From Elusimicrobia bacterium RIFCSPHIGHO2_02_FULL_57_9 (lineage in GTDB: Bacteria; Elusimicrobiota; Elusimicrobia; UBA1565; UBA9628), in NCBI GenBank assembly GCA_001800015.1, contig MGUO01000138.1, positions 1 through 27,881 on the forward strand: a DNA stretch of 27,881 bases, in the 5' to 3' direction. Made by a program: the position numbers and the translations under genes. The number at the start of each line of letters is the position of its first letter. The first letter of the stretch is position 1. The notes beneath the pieces were generated by a model. That model ran no database searches. It was not told the DNA's origin and worked only from the letters and a program-made list of their open reading frames with translations. Shown in pieces: positions 1 through 6,955 of the stretch.

Positions 1-2
1 CG

Positions 3-626
3 CCCGCCTTGCAATTGCCCTTGTCTCACGGGGCGGATTTGGTCGTTCATTCCACCACCAAATATCTCGGCGGGCATTCCGACGTGATCGGGGGCTGCGT
101 GGTGAGCAATGACGAACAGCTTTTTCAGAAGCTTAAATTCCTGCAGAATGCGGTGGGAGCCGTGCCCGGCGCGCTGGACTGTTTTTTGGTTCTGCGCGGC
201 ACTAAGACCTTACCCCTGCGGCTGGCCAAGCACTGCGAAAACGCCATGGCCGTGGCCAAGCATTTGCTGGCTCACCCGGAGGTTGTCTCGGTGCACTATC
301 CGGGCCTGCCTCATCATCCCGGCCATGCTCTGGCCAAAACCCAGATGTGCGGCTTCGGCGGCATGATTTCCTTTGAATTAAAAGGCGATATGGAGCGCGC
401 CAAGCACATGATTTCCATGACCGAGGTCTTTTCCTTGGCGGAGAGCCTGGGCGGCGTGGAGTCTTTGATCGGGCATCCCGCCAGCATGACACACGGATCC
501 ATCCCGCGCGAAGAAAGACTTAAGTCCGGCCTGGTGGACGGCCTCATCCGTCTTTCCGTGGGCATCGAGGATGTCAACGACTTGATCGATGACCTCGAGC
601 AGGCTATAACCAGAAGCTTGGTCTAA
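3..626 (+). CDS. metB: PLP-dependent Cys/Met metabolism enzyme (cystathionine gamma-synthase/gamma-lyase), 5'-truncated by the window edge
   Basis: PLP-lysine motif HSTTKYLGGHSD, plus GFGGMISFE, LAESLGGVESL and the C-terminal LIRLSVGIED. The frame is open back to base 3. MetB versus gamma-lyase cannot be separated from this fragment. Confidence 0.88.
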   Translation, partial: PALQLPLSHGADLVVHSTTKYLGGHSDVIGGCVVSNDEQLFQKLKFLQNAVGAVPGALDCFLVLRGTKTLPLRLAKHCENAMAVAKHLLAHPEVVSVHYPGLPHHPGHALAKTQMCGFGGMISFELKGDMERAKHMISMTEVFSLAESLGGVESLIGHPASMTHGSIPREERLKSGLVDGLIRLSVGIEDVNDLIDDLEQAITRSLV

Positions 627-630
627 AAGC

Positions 631-801
631 GGTCTGACCCCAGCGGCAATGTCGGCACCCCGGCACCATTCCAAAATATTGAATGGTGCCGTCCCTTACA
701 GTAATTTTGGAAAGGGACGGCCCGAAAGGGGAGCTGGGCCTTCCGGGCCGGCGGCGGGCTGGCTTCAGGAATCCCGCCCCTCGGTCGCAGTTTTTATTTT
801 T
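631..801. repeat. Cluster of interlocked GC-rich inverted repeats (REP-like), followed by a T-rich tract
   Basis: CGGCACCATTC 661-671 / GAATGGTGCCG 681-691 (11 bp perfect); GCCGTCCCTT 688-697 / AAGGGACGGC 712-721 (10 bp perfect); CGGCCCGAAAGG 718-729 / CCTTCCGGGCCG 739-750 (1 mismatch); GGCGGG 753-758 / CCCGCC 773-778; T-rich tract 791-801. Confidence 0.75.
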
Positions 802-993
802 AGGCGGCCGGTACGGGGTTCTGGAGCCCATGTCTTATATACGATTTGGCCCCCGAAAATGTTGCGGACTATTTTCTAGGTTGAAAGGCGCCTGGTTGTT
901 TCTGGGTCTAAAGATTTCGCTATTGCAGGACTAAAGACCTATGCGTGCGGCGGCAAGTTTTTGGGATAATGAATAATAGGCAGGATTGCGATC

Positions 994-1002
994 GGAGGAG
1001 GT
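994..1002 (+). promoter_or_regulatory. Shine-Dalgarno sequence
   Basis: GGAGGAGGT, 6 nt upstream of the ATG at 1009. Confidence 0.75.
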
Positions 1003-1008
1003 AAGAAA

Positions 1009-1503
1009 ATGTTTAAAATTCATCCGTCAGTGCTGGCGGCGCTGCTTATCGGCTGGGCCTTGGGGGATGCCGATGCTCGGATAAAATCGCCGGCTTTGGC
1101 GCAGCTCGAGGACGCGGAACGGCAAAGCGCGTCTCAAGCGGGTCGCCTGTCGCGCCAGGACTATCCCGTTGCCGCCGTGGAAGCGAAAGCCATCAAATTG
1201 CCACCCGGATATTACCGCGCGATTCCCGGCACGAGAATCCGCCGGGCTGATGGGACAGTCCTGATCCTGCGTCCGTCCACGGGCAACGGGCTGGGCTGGG
1301 CTGGGCGCTTTATCAACTCCGCCTCAAATCCGGACGGCGTTTGTAAATTTCTCGCTAAACTGCTTGGGATTCAAGGCCTGAGGGAGTCCGTCGCCGTCGA
1401 GCCGGCTCCCATCCCCGCCGTCACGGTCGTCATTGACGCAGACGGGCATCCTACAGACGGTTCCGTGATGGGGCGCTACCTGAACGCCATCATCTGCCGA
1501 TAG
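1009..1503 (+). CDS. Hypothetical secreted protein, 164 aa
   Basis: Strong SD; signal-peptide-like N-terminus (MFKIHPSVLAALLIGWALGDADA); two Cys (DGVC, AIICR); fills the gap without overlapping neighbours. No family recognised. Confidence 0.7.
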   Translation: MFKIHPSVLAALLIGWALGDADARIKSPALAQLEDAERQSASQAGRLSRQDYPVAAVEAKAIKLPPGYYRAIPGTRIRRADGTVLILRPSTGNGLGWAGRFINSASNPDGVCKFLAKLLGIQGLRESVAVEPAPIPAVTVVIDADGHPTDGSVMGRYLNAIICR

Positions 1504-1505
1504 CT

Positions 1506-1880
1506 TTATTTGCCGAGGACGGTTATATCGACGTCGTCGGCTTCGACGCAGGAATCCGGGCCTTCCCGGCATAGATACATTTGCACGCGGCTGGAGCATT
1601 CGGCCTGGCTCATGAGGTTTCTCCAATTCCAAACCAGGCCCGCGATGCGCAGCTTATAACGGCCCTTGGAGTCCGTCATGGTTTCCTTCGATTTGAGGAT
1701 CTGTTCGGATTCTCCCTGGGAGGTTTCGCAGCTCTTGATCAGCTCGGCCTTGACCAGTATGAGCTTTTCAGATTGAAGCTGTGCCTGGCCTGATTTGACG
1801 GTCCAATGAGGCTTCGGGTAAAAGACGCAAGCCGAAAGCAAAGAGCCCGGCAGGCAGAGCGCGAGAAGTCTGAATTTCAT
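1506..1880 (-). CDS. Hypothetical lipoprotein, 124 aa
   Basis: MKFRLLALCLPGSLLSAC with lipobox LSAC; four further Cys; TDSKGRY turn motif; ATGA overlap (1877-1880) with the upstream gene. Confidence 0.75.
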   Translation of the reverse strand: MKFRLLALCLPGSLLSACVFYPKPHWTVKSGQAQLQSEKLILVKAELIKSCETSQGESEQILKSKETMTDSKGRYKLRIAGLVWNWRNLMSQAECSSRVQMYLCREGPDSCVEADDVDITVLGK

Positions 1881-2758
1881 TTTGACGTTTTGCGCTTGGA
1901 AGCGGAGGCCAGGGTGCGGATACGCGCGGTTTGAGCGCGAATTTTGATCGTTTCCAGCTGATTTATCTGGCGTTCATAGCGCAGGGTCAACATGAAGCCG
2001 TAGATGGGGAACCAGGAGCCTTTGGTCAAGCGCCGCCGGAAAGTTTCGATCATGCGCGCGGAGGCTTCTTCGATCTGTCCTAGAGCTTCGATTCGCCGCA
2101 AGGCAACCGGCTTAAACATTTCCGCGGGCAAAGAGGCCTGCTGCGCGTCGGCGTCTCCCGGCAGCAAGGAATGGTGGAGCCCGAGCAGGTTGCCAAGAAG
2201 CCGGCGGTCGGAATCTTGGCCGAGGTCTCCCAGAATCAAGAAGGGCTTGCCGGCGGAATATGTTTCAACCATGGAGGCCAGCTCGAAAATCTGGGTCATG
2301 CGCAAAGTTCTATACTGAACCGCTCCTTCATCGGCGATGAAACGGGTGTTGTAAGCGTCGACCGGCCCTTGCGGGGTCTGCATGCGCACCAGGAGAATGC
2401 CGCTGTCGATCTGCCGCAGTCCGCTGCGCCGCAGCCGCGACATCGGGCAGCTGAAGGCTTGCCATCTTTCCTCGATAATGGGAAAGCGGGAGAGCACGAT
2501 TAAGCCGTTTCTCATGCGCCCGCCGTAGTAAGGCAGCCCCAATCGCGGCAGAGCCGAGCCATCGCCCAGCCTCCAAGCGTTTTGCAGGGCCACTAAATCC
2601 GGGTCCGCTTCGCCTATGGCTTCGGCTAAACGGCTGGTCGCCTCCTGGGAGCCGGGAGCGGTTTTATCAATATCGAAATTGAGCACGGCCAGGTCGGCGG
2701 CCAGCACCCAGGTTGAAGTTAAAAAGCAAGCGGCGGTTAAAAGAAGCCGGTGTTTTAT
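1877..2758 (-). CDS. Endonuclease/exonuclease/phosphatase (EEP, sphingomyelinase-like) fold protein with degenerate catalytic motifs, 293 aa; proposed ATA start
   Basis: DPDLVALQN, GLIVLSRFPI, YNTRF and FLILGDLG align with EEP motifs. A signal-peptide-like segment (I/M)KHRLLLTAACFLTSTWVLA begins at ATA 2758, overlapping the ogt stop. The ORF-track start at 2998 lies inside ogt. Confidence 0.72.
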   Translation of the reverse strand: MKHRLLLTAACFLTSTWVLAADLAVLNFDIDKTAPGSQEATSRLAEAIGEADPDLVALQNAWRLGDGSALPRLGLPYYGGRMRNGLIVLSRFPIIEERWQAFSCPMSRLRRSGLRQIDSGILLVRMQTPQGPVDAYNTRFIADEGAVQYRTLRMTQIFELASMVETYSAGKPFLILGDLGQDSDRRLLGNLLGLHHSLLPGDADAQQASLPAEMFKPVALRRIEALGQIEEASARMIETFRRRLTKGSWFPIYGFMLTLRYERQINQLETIKIRAQTARIRTLASASKRKTSK

Positions 2759-3060
2759 AGGCCCCGCACTCCTTCCTTGAGCAGCATGCGCCGCTTGGTT
2801 TTGACGCCTCCGGAAGCGGAATAGCCGGTCAAGCTTCCGTTGGCCCCTACCACCCTGTGGCAAGGGATGAGGGGCGCGAAGGGGTTTTTGCCCAAAGCCT
2901 GCCCCACGGCCCGGGCGGCCTTGGGTTTGCCGATTTGCCGGGCGATCCAGCCGTAAGTGCGCACTTCCCCCTTGGGAATCGCCGCGCAGGCCTTCCATAC
3001 GGCTTGATAAAAGCGCGGATAGCGCTTCATGCGCTGCAGGACGTTTTTCGATATTTTCAT
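2755..3060 (-). CDS. ogt: Methylated-DNA--protein-cysteine methyltransferase (MGMT), C-terminal domain only
   Basis: IPKGEVRTYG, AARAVG, KNP and active-site IPCHRVV with the Cys intact; 101 aa. Confidence 0.92.
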   Translation of the reverse strand: MKISKNVLQRMKRYPRFYQAVWKACAAIPKGEVRTYGWIARQIGKPKAARAVGQALGKNPFAPLIPCHRVVGANGSLTGYSASGGVKTKRRMLLKEGVRGL

Positions 3061-3065
3061 TTCTT

Positions 3066-4163
3066 TTAACGGTCTCCTAGAACAATTTTACCCAAAATTC
3101 TGGGGCCGCGGGAGCCGGTGGCTCGCGGGCAATTATTAGCTTGGCGCGCCCGGGCGCGCCAAGCCAGCCAGGCGAAGCAAGCCGCTTCCTTGGCCATGAC
3201 GGGGATGCCGTATTTTTCCGAGCGCACGAGAGGGGCTTCCAACTCTTGGGCCAGATGTTGCATGAGCGCGGGATTAAGAGCGCCCCCTCCGCTGACCACG
3301 ACCTCCTGGATTATTAGGCCTCGCGGGCTAAAACGGCGGTAGGAATCGGCGATGGATCGGGCGGTTAATAGGCAAAGCGTGGCAAGAACATCGGGAAGGC
3401 GGCTGCGGCTGATGGTGCCAAAATAGCGGCGCAGGAATTCTTCGCTGAATAAACTCTTGTCCAAGGATTTGGGCGGCTTTTGCCGGAAGTAGGGAAGTTG
3501 CAGCAGTTCGCTTAATTTTCTCTCGTCTGGTTTGCCGCGCTCGGCCAGCCGGCCATCCCTGTCCATCTCCTGCCGGCCATTCGTCGCCAGACGGACGGCC
3601 AAGTCCATCAAAGTGTTGCCCGGGCCTGTGTCAAAAGCGCTCCAGAGCTTGCCGCGGCCCACCATGGAAACATTGGCAATACCTCCGATATTCTGTGCGG
3701 CGCGAAGGGGCCCCTGCGCGAAAAGAAATTCATCGAAAGCGGGCATAAGCGGGGCGCCTTGCCCTCCGGCCGCGATGTCTCGCGGCCGAAAATCAGCGAT
3801 GACGTCGGCGCCCGTGCGCTCGGCGATGACGCAGGGTTCGGCCAGTTGCAAAGTGTTTGGCGGATCTTTATCCGGGCCATGCCATACGGTTTGGCCGTGC
3901 GAGCCGATAAGCCTCACAGGCGAGCGGCCGGCCAGCTTCAAGGCCGCTTGAGCGAAAGCCTCTCCCAGCTCCATATTAAGCCGCGAAAGCTCGGCGGCCT
4001 TCAACTCCGGCGCGTTAAGAACCCGGGATTGAAGGCCGGGCGAATAGGGATAGGTTTTATGCCGCAGCACTGAAACCGAACGGCCCGAAAGTCGCACCAG
4101 GGCCGCGGTTACCCCATCGGCGGAGGTGCCGGACATCAGGCCTACAACAAGCGAGGGCCTCAT
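3066..4163 (-). CDS. anmK: Anhydro-N-acetylmuramic acid kinase
   Basis: GLMSGTSADG, IGSHGQT, DFRPRDIAAGGQGAPL, NIGGIAN, FDTGPGN, VSGGGALN, KEAACFA. Confidence 0.96.
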   Translation of the reverse strand: MRPSLVVGLMSGTSADGVTAALVRLSGRSVSVLRHKTYPYSPGLQSRVLNAPELKAAELSRLNMELGEAFAQAALKLAGRSPVRLIGSHGQTVWHGPDKDPPNTLQLAEPCVIAERTGADVIADFRPRDIAAGGQGAPLMPAFDEFLFAQGPLRAAQNIGGIANVSMVGRGKLWSAFDTGPGNTLMDLAVRLATNGRQEMDRDGRLAERGKPDERKLSELLQLPYFRQKPPKSLDKSLFSEEFLRRYFGTISRSRLPDVLATLCLLTARSIADSYRRFSPRGLIIQEVVVSGGGALNPALMQHLAQELEAPLVRSEKYGIPVMAKEAACFAWLAWRARARQANNCPRATGSRGPRILGKIVLGDR

Positions 4164-4178
4164 TGAGCGGCACCAAAG

Positions 4179-4218
4179 TTATCCACATTGCCCGGGGCGC
4201 CCAGGGTGATGTGGATAA
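4179..4218. promoter_or_regulatory. Two perfect DnaA boxes in inverted orientation, forming the arms of a long imperfect palindrome
   Basis: TTATCCACA at 4179-4187 and TGTGGATAA at 4210-4218, in the divergent anmK/nadK intergenic region. Confidence 0.7.
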
Positions 4219-4381
4219 GTCGATTGCGGATCAAGGGATAAGACGATTTTCCTGACAATTTCAATTTTTTGGGAGCCGCCCTATTCTATCATTTCGCTCC
4301 AGCCGCAAAATATCGCGCAAGCCCTGGATGCCAAACTTTATGTGGGATTGCGCTAGCAGGCCGGGTCAAGGCTGAATTTAG

Positions 4382-4387
4382 TATAAT
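4382..4387 (+). promoter_or_regulatory. Putative sigma70 -10 element for the nadK operon
   Basis: Perfect TATAAT 15 nt upstream of ATG 4403; no convincing -35. Confidence 0.4.
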
Positions 4388-4402
4388 CTCCTCTCGCCAA
4401 AA

Positions 4403-5290
4403 ATGGATTCAAACTCTAATTTGGATATGTCCAGCGACAAGCGGATCATACGCTCCGCCGTTATTTTTTATAACGAGACCAAGCCGGAGGCCGTGCGCAC
4501 CTTAAAACAAGTGCTGCCGGCCCTTAAAGCCCGCGGGGTGAAGGTTTGGATCGGCCGCAAGCCGTCGGCGCTGGGAGATAAATTGCGCATAGCCGATATC
4601 GCCGTCGCCTTGGGCGGCGATGGGACCATGCTGCGCGCCGCGCGCACCCTGGCGCCGCGCTCCATTCCCCTTCTGGGCATTAATTCGGGGGGGCTGGGTT
4701 TTCTTTCCGGGACCGACGCCTCTGAATTCAAGCGCCATTGCGACGCTATCTTGACCGGGAAATTCGTTCTGGAGGAGCGTTGGATGATCTCGGTCGAGGC
4801 TTATCGCGGCCGCCGCCGTCTTTTTGGGCCCAATATCGCGCTTAATGATTGCGTTATCCGCTGCGGCGACCAGGCCCGCGCCATTTCCTTAAATACCCGC
4901 TCCGCGGGCCGCTTCGTGGCCGATTATTTCGGCGATGGACTTATCGTTTCCACCCCCACGGGCTCCACGGCTTACGCCTTGGCGGCCTCCGGCCCCATCG
5001 TTGACCCGCGTCTGGACGTTTTATTGATCGCTCCGATTTGCCCGCATACCCTGACCCAGCGGCCGCTGATTATCCCGGCGTTCGACCCGCTGACCGTCAT
5101 GTTGACGGCGCGCTATGCGCATGAGGCTCCCCGGGTTTTGCTGTCGCTCGACGGTCAATTGGGCTGCGCGTTAAAAGTCGGCGATGAGGTGCGCATCGCG
5201 CGGTATGAGAAGCCGTTTAAGCTGCTCTTGAATCCCGACCGTTCGTATTACGAGATTCTGCGCCGGAAGCTTAAGTGGGGGGAACGGTAA
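4403..5290 (+). CDS. nadK: NAD(+) kinase
   Basis: GGDGT, GINSGGLGFL, ND motif, DGLIVSTPTGSTAY, PICPH. Alternative start at ATG 4427. Confidence 0.96.
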   Translation: MDSNSNLDMSSDKRIIRSAVIFYNETKPEAVRTLKQVLPALKARGVKVWIGRKPSALGDKLRIADIAVALGGDGTMLRAARTLAPRSIPLLGINSGGLGFLSGTDASEFKRHCDAILTGKFVLEERWMISVEAYRGRRRLFGPNIALNDCVIRCGDQARAISLNTRSAGRFVADYFGDGLIVSTPTGSTAYALAASGPIVDPRLDVLLIAPICPHTLTQRPLIIPAFDPLTVMLTARYAHEAPRVLLSLDGQLGCALKVGDEVRIARYEKPFKLLLNPDRSYYEILRRKLKWGER

Positions 5291-5293
5291 TTT

Positions 5294-6955
5294 ATGTTGA
5301 GATCCCTGACCATAAAGAATTTTGCGGTGATTGACGAGCAGACCCTGACCCTGTCGGAGGGCCTCAATGCGCTGACCGGTGAAACCGGAGCCGGCAAGTC
5401 CATCCTGATAGAAGCCCTGGGCTTTTTGCTGGGAGCCCGCGGCAGCTCTTCCTGGCTGCGTGCCGGGGCCCAACGTTTGGAAGTCATCGGGGCTTTCGAT
5501 CAGGAGGATTTCCCCAAGGAGATCCGGGCTCAGTTTAAGATCATGCAGTCGCCCGTGCTGTTGCGGCGCGAGCTCGACGTCTCGGGCAAGACGCGCGCCT
5601 GGATTAACTCTCAAGGCGCCCCGCTTTCGATTCTTTCCGCGCTGGGCAATGTCTTGGTCGATTTTCACGGCCAGCACGAGCATCAGACCCTGCTTCAATC
5701 TTCCATTCAACTCGAACTGCTGGACCGCTTCGGTGATTTGCAAACCGAGCTTAAAGAAACGGCGGCGGCCTACGAGGCATGGTCCAGCCTGCGCGCGGAA
5801 AGCGGGCAGGCGAAGATGTCGGATGAGGAGCGCCGCTTGCGCATCGAGACATGCCGTTTTCAGCTGCAGGAGCTTAACGAGGCGAATTTGCGCATAGGCG
5901 AGGAAGAGGAGTTGGAAGCCGCGCTTCCTTTGCTGAAAAATGCCGAGAGGCTTAAGATTTCCGCCGACGCGGCTTACGAGCTGCTTTACGAACAGGAAGG
6001 CTCGATTAGCGCCGGTCTGTTTAAAGTGGAACGGGCGGTGGGAGAGCTGTCCAAAATCGACGCGGGGATGAAGCCGTCTTATGAGCAATTGGAGGCCGCC
6101 CGGCTCTCTCTCGAGGATGTGACGCGCGCCATCGGCGTTTATCGCGACCATGTTGAAATCAATCCGGGCAAGCTGGACGCCATCCTGGCGCGGCAAGAGC
6201 ATCTCTCGCGGCTTAAAAAGAAATACGGTTTGACTATCGCGGACATGTTGGCGGCGCGGGAGCGTGTCGCCGCCGAGTTCGACCGCTTGGAGAATTCCTC
6301 ACAGCGCCAAGACCGCCTTGAGGCCGAGCTTAAGGCCGCGGCCGAAAACCTGGAAACGGCTTGCTCACGCATTCATAAGGCCCGGCTTAAAGCCGCCGCC
6401 GGGCTTGAGCGCAAGCTGCTCAAGGAATTGAAGGTTCTGGGCATGCCCCAGGCGCGGTTTTCAGTTTCCTTGGAAATGGAAGAAGGAAGCTATTCTCAGA
6501 CCGGAGCCGACGGCGCGGAATTCATGCTGGCTGCCAACCCCGGGGAATCCTTAAAGCCGGTCAAGGATATCGCCTCGGGAGGCGAACTGTCGCGGGTGAT
6601 GCTGGCCTTGAAAACCGTGCTGGCGCAAGCCGATCGCGTTCCTATTCTGGTTTTTGACGAAGTAGATGCCGGTATCGGCGGAATCGTGGCCAGGGCCGTG
6701 GGCCGCAAGCTCTCCGCTTTGGGCGAGTCCCGCCAGGTGCTTTGCGTGACCCATTTGCCGCAAGTTGCTTGCTGCGCGCATAACCATTATCAGGTCGTTA
6801 AGGAAGTTGACAAGGGGCGGACGCTGGCCAGGGTCGAACGTCTGGACGGCTCCAAGCGTTTGGATGCCTTGGCGTTGATGCTGGGAGGTCGGCAGGCTAC
6901 CGCGGCCAGCCGCAAACACGCCCAAGAGTTATTGGAGAGTTCACTCGCATGCTAA
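5294..6955 (+). CDS. recN: DNA repair protein RecN
   Basis: Walker A GETGAGKS, coiled coil, signature SGGE, Walker B VFDEVDAGIGG, CVTHLPQVA; canonical position after nadK. Confidence 0.97.
   Translation: MLRSLTIKNFAVIDEQTLTLSEGLNALTGETGAGKSILIEALGFLLGARGSSSWLRAGAQRLEVIGAFDQEDFPKEIRAQFKIMQSPVLLRRELDVSGKTRAWINSQGAPLSILSALGNVLVDFHGQHEHQTLLQSSIQLELLDRFGDLQTELKETAAAYEAWSSLRAESGQAKMSDEERRLRIETCRFQLQELNEANLRIGEEEELEAALPLLKNAERLKISADAAYELLYEQEGSISAGLFKVERAVGELSKIDAGMKPSYEQLEAARLSLEDVTRAIGVYRDHVEINPGKLDAILARQEHLSRLKKKYGLTIADMLAARERVAAEFDRLENSSQRQDRLEAELKAAAENLETACSRIHKARLKAAAGLERKLLKELKVLGMPQARFSVSLEMEEGSYSQTGADGAEFMLAANPGESLKPVKDIASGGELSRVMLALKTVLAQADRVPILVFDEVDAGIGGIVARAVGRKLSALGESRQVLCVTHLPQVACCAHNHYQVVKEVDKGRTLARVERLDGSKRLDALALMLGGRQATAASRKHAQELLESSLAC

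Noticed and set aside
604-934. Small ORFs (604-831, 649-879, 683-934) and a possible tRNA or CRISPR array in the hairpin cluster
   Set aside because: No recognisable protein, no cloverleaf or T-loop motif, and no identical direct repeats with regular spacers.
2759-2998. 80-aa N-terminal extension of the EEP ORF given by the ORF track
   Set aside because: It lies wholly inside ogt in another frame, has low-complexity shadow composition and would bury the signal peptide.
4164-4402. Definitive oriC call
   Set aside because: Only two perfect boxes, no clear unwinding element or contiguous DnaA-trio run, and no dnaA/dnaN/gidA nearby. Kept only as a finding.
5171-6202. 343-aa antisense ORF over recN
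   Set aside because: Shadow ORF typical of GC-rich codon bias; no motifs or initiation signals.
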